A stretch of DNA of 63,987 bases, the filler included, from Licmophora abbreviata (Eukaryota), in the NCBI GenBank assembly GCA_900291995.1. It is 12 parts of 12 records of this genome, joined end to end, with 100 filler letters (N's around TTAATTAATTAA, not from the genome) between each part and the next. Parts side by side here need not be neighbours in the genome. Positions count along the whole stretch, not along the records: positions 20,242 to 25,867 come from OLMU01004115.1; positions 25,968 to 50,757 come from OLMU01004116.1; 10 more parts are not named here. One strand, 5' to 3'. Shown piece by piece: positions 22,545 to 33,902 of this stretch (positions are counted from its first letter, which is position 1; every line of letters begins with the position of its first letter). The notes beneath the pieces were generated by a model that ran no database searches, was not told the DNA's origin, and saw only the letters and a list, made by a program, of their open reading frames with translations. The position numbers and the translations under genes are program-made.

Positions 22545-25421
22545 ATGAGTTCCGAGTCCGAAGAAGAAGCCGCTCGCAGCCGCTCCGTCAACGACTTTGA
22601 CAGCGGCGCTGCTTTACGCAAGGCCCTGGATTCGAGCGAACTGAAAGTGGGTGGCTTTCATTCCGTGGGTCGGGACTTCCCCGGCGGTGTTGGTTCCGCT
22701 CCACAGCCTGTCGACGACGACGCCGTGTCAGAGTGCAGCGTCTCCAGTTCCGTAGACCAACCGGGAGGAGAGCTGGACTGGGTTCTCACGAATTACAATG
22801 CGGAGCTATCGCAGACGCAGAGCTTGAAAGAAGAAATGAAACGCCTACAAGTGCTGAAGAGTTATCTCCTACTGGACGCGCAGAGAGAACCGAGCTTTGA
22901 GCGTCTGACTGCTTTGGCGAGTCGCATGTTTCGAGTACCGATTGCCCTGGTATCGCTGGTCGATCTTGGTCGACAGTGGTTTATGAGCAATCGTGGATTG
23001 GGTGATACTCGAGAGACCCCTCGCAAGTTTGCGTTCTGTGCGCATTGTATTCTGAGTAAGGAAGACTTGCTCATTGTGCCGGATGCTTCGGATGACCCCC
23101 GATTCATGGAAAATCCTCTTGTCACGGGACCGCCAAACATTCGCTTCTATGCGGGCGCGCCGCTTATGTGTCCCGAGGGGTACAAGCTCGGAACTCTCTG
23201 CATTATTGATAGTAAAACGCGACAAGAGGGACTCTCATTGGAAGAAAAGCAGAATTTGAGGGAACTCGCCGATCTGGTGGTCGATGCCATGGTACAGCGC
23301 CGCAAGGAAAAACTACAGGTATTGCAAGACAAGTCCCAAATCATTGCTTGTACAGCGCATGATCTCTTAACGCCACTGTCCGGAGTGCAAATGTCACTCA
23401 GCCTGCTAATGGAAGATGAGGATGTTCAGACGCGATTGACTGGAAATCAAAAAGAGCTCATCGCTACAGCCGGTAGTTGTAGCGATGTGATGAATCGCAT
23501 ATGTCATCATGCCATAGACACGTTCCGCGACGAAGTTGAACAGCAACACCAGGAAAAGAGTTATGCGAGCAAGAATGATATTGGCGGTCCGCGATTAGTC
23601 GTCATCGACGACATGGTGAAAAAATGGAACATGGTTATGGAACCGTATCCGAAGTCTGTGCCACTCAACATTTCGGTCGAAGAGTCGGTGCCACCCGCAA
23701 TTATTGCAGACGATCTCAAGATTTTCCGCAGTGCAGTCAACTACATGACAAATGCGTTCAACAAGACTGCCCATGGATCTGTGAACTTCCGCATTTATGT
23801 GGCGGGTAAGCGCAAGAAGAGGAAAGTTGTCTTTGAGTGCGCTGATACAGGTCCTGGTGTGCCGTTAGAGCTGTACGAGTATCTCTTCCGACCCTTCCGA
23901 GAAGACGGTGACCTAAGCTCTTCGTGCTTATCGGTGGATCAACATGGTACATTGAAAGGCCCGCCCACCTCGCGTTTAGCCATGTCCAATTCGGGTCTTG
24001 GGCTTTACAGTGTGGCTCACCAAATCAGTAGTATTGGCGGCGAGTACGGATTTCGGCCACGCGAAGACAGCGACGACACTGGCATCGTCACAGGGGCAGT
24101 ATTTTGGTTTTCTATTCCACTCGTTCTCCCCAAGAACGACGTGGGTGCTGGGACGACGGCAGAACTAGCGGCGGGGATACCAAGCACCGAAGGCGTCCCT
24201 GCGGATGATAATCGAACTCGCCGGGTCGAGTTTGATTTGTCGACCATGGGACAGCTGTCGCCGTCGTTCTTGAGTCAGCCAGACAACGCTGGTGCGGTCG
24301 ACCCTGCACAGCCTCTAATTGAAGAGTTAGTGGTCCGTCAAGGAACCACTACCATTCTGCAACAGGCCGAGACGCTTGCCGAGAAGATACAGAAAATGGC
24401 CACGAGCTCTGATCAAGGTGGGACGGACGAAGGTTCCCAGCCTGACGTCGATATGAAGTCTGACGACGCGAACGCTCCCCGTACACGCCGAGCTCTTGTC
24501 ATTGATGACTCGATTGTGATTCGCAAGTCAATGCACCGGGCCCTTACCAAGTTCGGGTTCGAAGTGTCCACCGCTAACAACGGCTTGGAAGGATTGAGCG
24601 AAATGCAGACTGTCATGTTTGATGTCGTCTTTTGCGACTTTCTCATGCCCGTCATGGACGGACTCGACTGTGTTCAGCAGTATCGCGATTGGGAGTCCAT
24701 GCATCGTCCATGGTTTCGGCAGTATATAGTCGGTATCTCAGCTCATGCATCACCAAACGATGTGGACAAGGGGCGCGTTGCAGGAATGAATGACTTCAAG
24801 GCCAAGCCCGTGACATTGAATACGCTCAAAGAAGTCCAAAGTAGTGATGAAGTTGCAGACGTCGGGGAGAAGCTGAATCAACTACAACTTGACATCAAGG
24901 GAAAGTATACGCTACCCACATCCAAGTCCATGGAAGAGAATGGTCACCACGACAAGCGACTGAAGGTCGATACCGAGGATGCGTCGACTCCCATGTGTCT
25001 GGTTGCGGAAGATTCACCGGCCATTGGTCAAATCATGTCGGATACGATTGTACGGCGAGGCTGGAAAGCTGTCTTCGTACGCGATGGTGAAGATGCGCTT
25101 CGTTTGTTAAAAACACGAAACTGGACGGCTGTCTTTGTGGAGGAGAATCTGCCTCGTTTGACGGGCATACGTTGTATCGAACGCTTCCACGCGTGGGAAC
25201 GAGACAACCGTGTGGCGCGGCAAAAGAATGTGTTTTTACTGTCGGACTCGTTTGTTCCCACTCCATCCAGCGGGATTTCAATGAATTCGCATCACCCGTC
25301 CGGGTTTGATACTGTGTTGGGAAAGCCTCTGCTGGAAAAGGACCTAGAGGAGCTCATCGACATGACGGCCTCAAAAATAAGCGGAGGAGGCGCGCACTCT
25401 CGAGACATAATGCCACGGTAG
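22545..25421 (+). CDS. Hybrid histidine kinase: GAF-HisKA-HATPase-REC-pseudoREC
   Basis: GAF (FCAHCI, NPLVTGPPNIRFYAGAPL, GTLCIID), H-box AHDLLTPL, N-box NYMTNA, G1 DTGPG, G2 GLGL, REC1 VIDDS..CDFLMP..KP and REC2 VAEDS..VEENLP..KP. Confidence 0.92.
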   Translation: MSSESEEEAARSRSVNDFDSGAALRKALDSSELKVGGFHSVGRDFPGGVGSAPQPVDDDAVSECSVSSSVDQPGGELDWVLTNYNAELSQTQSLKEEMKRLQVLKSYLLLDAQREPSFERLTALASRMFRVPIALVSLVDLGRQWFMSNRGLGDTRETPRKFAFCAHCILSKEDLLIVPDASDDPRFMENPLVTGPPNIRFYAGAPLMCPEGYKLGTLCIIDSKTRQEGLSLEEKQNLRELADLVVDAMVQRRKEKLQVLQDKSQIIACTAHDLLTPLSGVQMSLSLLMEDEDVQTRLTGNQKELIATAGSCSDVMNRICHHAIDTFRDEVEQQHQEKSYASKNDIGGPRLVVIDDMVKKWNMVMEPYPKSVPLNISVEESVPPAIIADDLKIFRSAVNYMTNAFNKTAHGSVNFRIYVAGKRKKRKVVFECADTGPGVPLELYEYLFRPFREDGDLSSSCLSVDQHGTLKGPPTSRLAMSNSGLGLYSVAHQISSIGGEYGFRPREDSDDTGIVTGAVFWFSIPLVLPKNDVGAGTTAELAAGIPSTEGVPADDNRTRRVEFDLSTMGQLSPSFLSQPDNAGAVDPAQPLIEELVVRQGTTTILQQAETLAEKIQKMATSSDQGGTDEGSQPDVDMKSDDANAPRTRRALVIDDSIVIRKSMHRALTKFGFEVSTANNGLEGLSEMQTVMFDVVFCDFLMPVMDGLDCVQQYRDWESMHRPWFRQYIVGISAHASPNDVDKGRVAGMNDFKAKPVTLNTLKEVQSSDEVADVGEKLNQLQLDIKGKYTLPTSKSMEENGHHDKRLKVDTEDASTPMCLVAEDSPAIGQIMSDTIVRRGWKAVFVRDGEDALRLLKTRNWTAVFVEENLPRLTGIRCIERFHAWERDNRVARQKNVFLLSDSFVPTPSSGISMNSHHPSGFDTVLGKPLLEKDLEELIDMTASKISGGGAHSRDIMPR

Positions 25422-25800
25422 TCTATTGGAAAGAGCCGTTGATAGCCATTTGAACTACATAATGCTACTATGATAACTGGTCGTTGGTTACACTGTTTGT
25501 GCGTACAACAACGTTCATTTTATTTGAGAGACGAGGCACATTGAACATGGTCTTTCGAATTTACCATTGTGTTTTGTTTTCGGCGCGAACCGGCGCTTGA
25601 GTATTCAATTATTTTGTATTCATAGCTATATACAACGTCAATATTTTAAAACTTTAGTTAACGGTATGCGTTGAGGTGCGCGGCGGCAACAAATTTCGAA
25701 GTTGGAGCCTACACGACGCATTCAAATCTTGACAAAACTCATTGAGACGAAGAGAAGAGACCGAGGCACGGCTGTGCTGGTTCTTTGGCGCCTTGGAACC

Positions 25801-27225
25801 ATGATGATGCAGGAATTATTACTTCTCTTGTTCCTTGTTGGATGCCATGGAGCAGAGGTACGAGGGTNNNNNNNNNNNNNNNNNNNNNNNNNNNNNNNNN
25901 NNNNNNNNNNNTTAATTAATTAANNNNNNNNNNNNNNNNNNNNNNNNNNNNNNNNNNNNNNNNNNNNTGGAGCAGAGGTACGAGGGTCCAACGAGAAGAG
26001 CTCGAGTAGCCGACGAGATCGATTCCCGTCTGTGGAAGACCGCGTGAAGATTTACATGAGCAACTGGTATGCCCCGCCGTGTGCAGATGAGGACTCCAAG
26101 CGCTTCCGATACCGATTCCTTCAAGGCGACGCCGAAGTCGAGGTGTCAGATCTAAAGTTTCGGAAAACAATCGAGGCAGACATGGCCTTTTGGTTGGACG
26201 AAGATATTTTGATGGACTGCGCGCGGTCTGAAGAACAGTTTCAAGCGGATCAAGCCAGGAACATCTCGCTCCCGACAGAAGAGTTTGTCAAGTTTCGGGG
26301 CAATATGCGATTGTACTGCAGGGATGTAGTGGAGATGGTAGAAATACTGCACCACTTGGAGCTCGAGTCAGAGAACAAGGAGGCGACCCCCATGCTGCTG
26401 CAGTTTGGAGACATGAAGCATTCGCACGTCTTTGGGCTCTTGAATCTCCCGCATATCAAGAAATTCCGTTCGGCTACGACCAGTTTGGACGAGGTTACTT
26501 CGGAGCAATGCATCGGGGGCTCGCGTGAAGCGCTCAAAACTGCACATGGCTCGGAGACATTGCAGCCGATTGTCTGGAAACTCGCGACGCACCGCCACTA
26601 CAAGTTTTTGCCGGAAGTAGCGACAAAGGACACTCCCTGGGAAGAAAAGAAGGACATGGCAATTTGGAGAGGACAGCTAACAGGCGCACTGGAAAATTTC
26701 AATAAGAAGTTTTCTCCGAAGGAAAATTGCATCAACATGGGCCGCTGTCGATTGGTGCTCGAGGCGGGGAAGTCCAAGTTGGTAGATGCCAAGCTCACCA
26801 CGACGCGCAACCGTCTGCCCGATACTATTGATGGTATCGACCTTGTCGTGCAAAAGACGGGTATAGACTTCCAGATGCAGTACAAGGGAATCATCATGCT
26901 GGAGGGAAACGACGTGGCGTCTGGGTTAAAGTGGGCGCTTGCGTCATCGTCGATTGTACTAATGCCTCCACCGAAGCACACGTCATGGGCTATGGAAGAA
27001 TTGTTGGAACCTTGGGTCCATTACATTCCACTAAATGAAAATGCCACTGATGCGGCAGAAAAGATGAAGTGGGTCTTGGATCACGACGAAGAGGCACAAA
27101 GGATATCTGCACACGCGTCGCTGTGGATGGAAGATTTGATATTCCATCCGGACGCAATGCGAGACGATCGACTTATCAAAGAGGAGATTATTCGGAGATA
27201 TCGAGCGCATTTCGCAGAAGCATAG
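25801..27225 (+). CDS. Glycosyltransferase family 90 (CAP10-like), spanning a gap
   Basis: The contig ends overlap by 20 nt (25848-25867 = 25968-25987). Merging them gives signal peptide-GAEVRGSNEK..FPSVEDRVKIYMSNWY in frame. Motifs PWEEKKDMAIWRG, YKGIIMLEGNDVASGLKW and LEPWVHYIP. Confidence 0.85.
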
Positions 27226-27307
27226 AGTAGCAAGAATCGAATCGCTAAGCGACATGTCAATTTCTAGAGAGCGAACCCGTTCACTATTATCGATCATTTC
27301 CCCTTTT

Positions 27308-30300
27308 CTATTTGCGCTGCCTTGTTGCCGGCAGGATGCGAGCCTGATGCCTAAGAATCGACTCAAGTTCGCGACAGCGGTCCTTCAGGTGACCTTCCAT
27401 CATGGTGCGGAGTGAGCGAAGACTTCGTGATCGCGAACCAATCGCGTTTCCAGTTACTTCGTCGTGGTTGAGCAGAGTGTCGAAAACTTCCTCCCAAATT
27501 TCCTTCTGCCAGTATCGACGAAGCTGTTTCCTTGGCTTCCAGCGACGAGTAGAAAAGTCTTCTTCGACCTCCAGATGAGTACCATAAAGAAGCACGTGGG
27601 CAGAAGCACATAGCCCGTACGTATCGACATCGAATGACCAGCCGAGACCTTTCCGAGTGGCGACGCAGGACATATCTTCACCCGATGGATCGCCGAACAA
27701 CTTAACGTCCATTGGATCGATTCCGTCCTTGGCAGCCGTCGTCAGATCCACAGCACGGCCAAAGTCAACCAACATCAAATCTGAAGCTTCGATTGTGTCT
27801 CGGCATGATTCGAACGCGGTCGCCGAGGCCATGAGTACCCAGTTGTCGGGTTTCACGTCCGCATGCTGAAGAGCGATAGTGACAGGTGAGAAGAGACATG
27901 AAATACAGATGGTCGTTCATCGACGGTAGACTCACCAAGATTTTACCATGCCAGTGCAGTATCTCCAAACTTAATAGCATTCGGGCTGTGTAATGGAGCG
28001 CAACCAGCTCAGGAACTGGACTGCGTTCGGATACCTTGTAGACGTTCACGATATCGACAAGATTAAGACCCGACCTCGATCCGGCCGTCATTCCGAGAAG
28101 ACCCCCGTCGGCTAGCGACACAAAGGACAGTGCCCGGGGGAAAGGAAAAGGCGAGGTAGGTTCAATCCAGTTCTTGTGGGTTCCAACTCGCTCTTCAATC
28201 TTCTTGAGGATGACGTATTCTAGAGCCAGACAATCGGTCGGCGTTTGGGCCTTGACCGCGATGCAGTTGTCCGACGAAGAGTCGGACTTGTGCGACAGGT
28301 CCATGAGGACCACGACTCCAAACGTGCCACGACCAAGTTCCTCCTTGACAACACCTGTCTTGTCACCAAGTGTTATCTCGGAACCTTGTGTGGACGTCTT
28401 CTTGTGCAGTGCACGCGGCAAAGACAGGTTCGGCATGTCGTAGATACACCCTCGTTTCGACAACATGAATGAGAGCTCTGGATCTCGGCTAGATGAAGAC
28501 TGGTTTAGAGCGAGCTCTCTCGCCTCGAACTGTAGTTGGCGGAGAGCCGCTCGCACGTTGTTCTTGTTCAGCCCTTCGTACCCGATAGCATGGCTTGGCG
28601 GGACGAGCACACTGTGGCGACCAGCTGATGTGACATCCGCCTCGTTGGGAATAATGCGAGAAATGTCCCCAAAGTCGGGAGCTTCTGTCAGCACCTTGTC
28701 CGTGTCAAAAGGCTGGAACTAACGAAAACGATAACAGTGTGTGAGCATTGTGTGGTCACGTCGTAATTCGAAAAGACTGTTCGTTGCCGCACACTGACCT
28801 TCGGGTCACCAATGGAATCGTCGTCCACGTAGACTGAGAAGCCTCCCTCGGCAGTGGCTTGAGAGGGCCTTGGCGTACCGTCGGCGGCAGCCAGTGCCTT
28901 GAACGTCTCTCCGACGAGCGAGAACGTGGCCGTGTCGCCGTCATGATAGCGAGAGTCGCCATCCTCAGCGTCATCATCTGGATCATCCTTATAGATCTCG
29001 AATGGCATTGCTGCGGGTTCGACACTCTGTGCGACGGCTGGTACAGCCTCGATCTGTTCTGAATCATCCTGATAGATCTCAAACGCGCCGCTCGTTGTCC
29101 CATCAGCCTCGAGTTCCTCGAAAGCTGCAGATACAGGGATTTCATGCTCGTCCATCGGGCGCAAAACAGAAGAGTCGAAACCAGGAGAAGAAGTGCTTCG
29201 AGCTAGTGGATTCCGCGGCGCCTGATTCTCATCATTAACGAGCAGCTGCGAAGTATCAAGGATAGAGTTGTCCTTCGCATCGGGTGTCGTGTCGTCAATT
29301 AGTCCAGCGACAAGCGAAAAGGTTGCTGTATCCCCATCCCCCACTTCGTGAGCGGTACTTTCCGTTGCAGAGCTTCGTCGAGCCTTCCGAGCTGGTTCTT
29401 CTGTGTCTTGTAGGCCTAGGGCAGGGCTTGAAAACATCATGCTCAACTCCTTCATGGCGAATTTTGTGTTGATGGTTTCCTCCTCTTTACCTGTGGCAGC
29501 GCCGACGGCATCTTTCTCGTTAACTGTTGAACTCGCCGTCGATGTGTTGAGCGCCTGGTGGGAACTGTCCATACTCGTGTCGAGACCGAATAGAACTTTC
29601 TTAGGCATGGACTTGTGTGTCGGCGGCATCCCAGAAGAGCTACTCGAGTGTGACCGCTTGCGTTCTTTCACACCACCGCTCGTGACTAACATCTCGAATG
29701 AATGGGTGTCGTCAATGTCCATCGTTGAGTCATCTGTCGCCGGGCCCGATCGCACAGCGAGTAGATTCATGTTCGTTGCAGGGTCAACCGTGGCAAAACA
29801 TTGAGTCTTCGCTCGGCCTTCCTCAAAACATTGCTCCTGACCGAACGAATCTTTTGCAACGAGCCGCTTGCTAAAGCCACAACTGAGAGAGCCTGACTTG
29901 TCCTTCGTCGACTTTCGTTCTTTGTCCTGCTTCGTTGGTTGTGCTTGGGCTTGATCCTCCTCGAGCATGGACGGATTACGAACATAGCGCATGGGGTCAC
30001 GGGACAAGCGTTCGGCCTGAAAGTTGATGGGAATGAAACGCAACATGTTAGAAACGCATGGCCCAATGTACAACGGCCGATTCACCGTGAGATGGAATGT
30101 GTACAACCAACGCACCACACCCTCGTCGGTTCGCTGACGAAGTGTCCTTTCATCCCGGACCAATCTGGCCTCATCCAAGGCCTTTTGCTTGTCGTCCTTC
30201 TCCCGCTGCAGCTTAGTGGCACATTCTTCATCAACAAATACATCAAAGGCAGGACGAGTGGTCGTGGGCTGGCGAGCACGATCTGCAAGCGCAGCAGCAG

Positions 30301-31325
30301 AACGCTGTGACGATGACTGCAACAAGCCGCCGCGTTCATTCCATCGTTCCGCCGCAGCCTCGTTCTCTTTTCGACGGTCCTCTTCTCGCTCCATCGTCCC
30401 GCGACTCTTGATGAAAAACATGAGACTGGTCCAAATTGTATCCGTCTTGGTTTTCGGCATTCTCGTCGACGAAAATCGCAAAGCCGCCAATGGGTGCAGC
30501 TCCAGCGTTGCCTTGGGCAGTCGTACGCGCCGATGTCGCACTTCGATCGACAAAGGTCGCCATGGTGGAGTTCTGTGCTGGAGGACGTGACGAAGGCTGT
30601 GCAGACCGTCGGTCGTTCAGTCGTGCGGCTTCGTCGGACAGAGCTCCCAGCGCACCTCTGCGACCCATCGCCGCGCCATCCTCGTTGTCGTCCAGGTCGT
30701 CCTGTCCCGAGTCGTTGGTATTGAGCCAGTGTCGACTCATACGCCGCTGGAACTGTTTGTGACGCTGCTTGAGCATAGCGAGCGGCTTTGCTTCCTTTGC
30801 TACACCCTTCAAGTAGACTTTCTCGGCAAAGGCATAGTCGCCCCGATTCTCTGCCACCCACGCCCAAGCAATCCAAAAGAGCGCTGTACGAGTCCCGACT
30901 TTTTGCTGGTGCAGATACTTGAAGACGTCTCCCGGGAAGGACGTCTTGTCCGCATAGGTGACACAGACACGAATGAAGCGCACGTCGTTCGCATACTGCT
31001 TCCGTCTGACGAGCGCTCGAGTGCATCGTTCCATGAGGAGGAATTGGGCGTGCGTGTCGGCAGGAAAGGCATTTTGATGGAATTTAATGTACGACAGCCA
31101 ATGAATCAACGGATCGTCATCGTCAGTGCTGTCTGGCGCCCCATCCTCTTCCTCCGACGGCTTGACGAGTCGCTCGTAATGGTGCACCATGCGTTCCTTC
31201 TCGTGTCGCTCTTCCGCGGTCTCTTGCTGCGCCATGCTGCGCTCGAGTGTTTTCACGTTCCGGCCGCGTTCCAGCGGCGCCGCGTTCTCCTTGCTTCGCT
31301 CCCATGCAGGAGGCGCCTCTTCCAT
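27308..31325 (-). CDS. BUB1: Spindle checkpoint protein MadBub/BUB1 (KEN-TPR-GLEBS-CD1-ABBA-kinase); introns 30115-30017, 28798-28719, 27935-27866; 1-nt frameshift at about 30398-30400
   Basis: WERSKENAAPLERGRN, DPLIHWLSYI, YANDVRFIR, KENE, EQCFEEGRA, TINTKFAMKELSMMF, LGRGTFG, HADVKPDNW, LVDFGRAVD and DVDTYGL. Confidence 0.9.
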
Positions 31326-31930
31326 GGTGAGAGACAGTCAAACAAGAGTACGAACGAGAGCACGACGAGAAGTCTGAGTTCAGATCACAGCGAGCAGGCG
31401 GCGTGTGCTTGCGCTGCAGGGGCGTCGTCATTGTGGGACTTGGGCATCACAGATTGGATTGATTCCGTCCGACGATTTGAATTTTTGTCAATCATCGTAG
31501 ACTTCTACATGAAATACTGATTGTGTACTATAATTATGAATACAATATAAGACCGGCTCGCGCTACTGACAAAATATATATTGTACAACCCCGGTCGACA
31601 GAGAGACGGCAGCTGTCGCGACCTTTGTCGATCACGTTTTCAATTTAGCATGTCGGCACTTCGCATCATCACAATACAAACGAACCTCGTAGTATCATAG
31701 CACCGGTTACTACCCAAGTCGACGATACTTCAATAGAGTAAGATTAGCACGCAAGGATATCGGTCGCTGAGTTACAGAATTATGATGCCACGTTCGTTCG
31801 TGTTTCTAGCTCTCTCTTTTCTCGTTGCTGGCTCGTGGCATACTTATTCCGTCGCGCTCCATTTTTCCCTCTTATACAAATCGCCTCGAAGCTCGTCAAC
31901 AGATAGTAAAAACTTGGAACGAATTTCTTC

Positions 31931-32987
31931 TTATCGTCCTTGGGCACGCCCCGGTGTACCAGGACGACCGAACCCTGCTCGCTGCTGTGACGCACTGGCT
32001 GGCTTTAAGATTTGGAACGAACACATCAGAGTATCATCGACCGTCATCATGGCACCGGCATTGTCAAACTCTCCGCAGTAGTTGGGCGCCGAAAAGACCG
32101 TCACCAGTTCTCGACCTGCAAAGAATTCGTATCCATCCTCCACAACCTGGTGAGCGCGTACGACCAAGTCCAAGTCGTGTCGACGAAGGAACTGGCGAAC
32201 GACGTCTCCTCCGAACGTGAACGACACGCCGCGATCGTTTTCTCCCCAGCCCTTTAGAAGAGAAAGAGAAAACTTTGTCAGACGAGATTGTTCAGACAAG
32301 AATCTCGTCTGTCAGCCAAGTCTTTGCCATACGCACCGTAATACTTGGGTCCGGATCTGCCCACAAAATGTCACACAGCAGCCCTGTATCGGGGACATCA
32401 CACGGACGCGTAATGTTGGCGATCTGTTCCATTTGCGATAACTCTGGGGAGAGTCCTCCGTGCATACAAATAATCTTGTCGTCAATGACGGCACAGCAGG
32501 GCAGACAATTGAAGGTATTGCAGAATTGCTTCCACATTTTGACACTGAAGCGACGACGACACTCATCGTAAAACCCGTAAATCCGATTGATGCCAGCGCA
32601 CTCGTGATTTCCTCGCAAGAGAAAGAAGTTTTCCGGATACTTGATCTTATACGCAAACAAGAGACACACAACTTCGAGAGACTGCTTTCCGCGATCGACA
32701 TAGTCTCCTAGAAAGAGGTAATTGGCTTCGGGGGGAAAGCCGCCGTATTCAAAGAGACGAAGCAAGTCCGTGTACTGCCCGTGTACGTCGCCGCATATCT
32801 TGATGGGGGCGCCTAGTTCCAGTAGCATGGGCTGATTCAGAAAGACAGCTCTGGCCTGTTCGCACAGCGCCGTGGCATCACTGACCGACAGTTCCACGGG
32901 CGTCCCCGGCTTTTTGTTTCGAGCCTGCAAGAGCAGATCGATCATTCCGTCGACCCAGTTCTCGTCCGTTGGTTGTGGGCGTGACAT
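31931..32987 (-). CDS. PP1: Ser/Thr protein phosphatase PP1 catalytic subunit; intron 32336-32252
   Basis: [58 protein letters not shown] and [13 protein letters not shown]. Confidence 0.97.
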
Positions 32988-33902
32988 GTCTGCTTACTCG
33001 TTTGCGTGCGTGTTCAGTGAGGACTCCAAGGAAAGAAACAACGACCAAGACAGGAAACGAACCGAGTCTGTCCAAAAGGCCTCCGACTTTTTACCGCACC
33101 ACCGCTGTACGGAAGGCCTGGTAGCGAGCTGCGTAGAGTGGGCGACAAGACGGGCAGACGATGAGATTGGCGACGGAAGAACCCTTGTAAGCCAGGATGC
33201 GGTTTTTGGGACCGACGAGAAATCTCGGACGCTTCCGCTTGCACCTAGGACTCTTGACAGACACACAGGGCTCCCCAAGGACCTGCAAAGACAGCGATAA
33301 CGAACCGAAAAAGTCCTCTTGGAGCAACAGCTTCCGAGCACCGACGGGGATGGGCTGCGCTTTGTGCTTGTAGGGCTGTGTGACAGTCTGGTTCACCACG
33401 TAGAAATAACTACCATGTATACGTACTTATGTGGAGTATGTATGAACACCCTTGAGTATCGATGTTATACTCAACAATGACAGTCGTAGCTTTCAGTAGA
33501 TTTCCTACGTGACGCACTTCAAGGTGGCCTCGTCAGACAAAAATATAAAATATGCATCCGGTGCGCGGCAGCTCACAATTTGGAAACTGAGCGACCGAGT
33601 TCAGAGTGTTGCGGTGTGTGCAGCGAAAGGATTGGTAACAGTACTGTGGAGGCAGTCGTCCACTCTCCGTCGCTCAGTCGTTTCCTTCAAACGACGCCAT
33701 GTATGGTCTTTGCAAAGCGATACAAGCGACGGACCTGACGTCGAGAACACGATATTTAACATTCGCAGGTACGCTCTGCTCGTTAGCAACGCCAGAGACA
33801 AATTGCGAAGTCTAATCCTACTTTGTAATCACTGATAAATCCGCATCGACCTAGACTACACTTGACATGTTTGAGCTCCTCAAGTCTAGTGAGATTTTGT
33901 CA

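Noticed and set aside
25848..25987. 20-bp direct repeat flanking a gap, as a possible target-site duplication
   Set aside because: It is an unmerged contig overlap. Collapsing it restores the GT90 reading frame.
20360..27225. P450 + histidine kinase + GT90 as a biosynthetic cluster
   Set aside because: There is no scaffold-forming enzyme or functional link. Adjacency is expected in a gene-dense genome.
30082..31520. Long alternative-frame and antisense ORFs over BUB1 (30082-31026, 30729-31520), and likewise 8504-9388, 49872-50537 and 54973-55653
   Set aside because: They overlap well-supported genes and have no motifs, so they are shadow ORFs.
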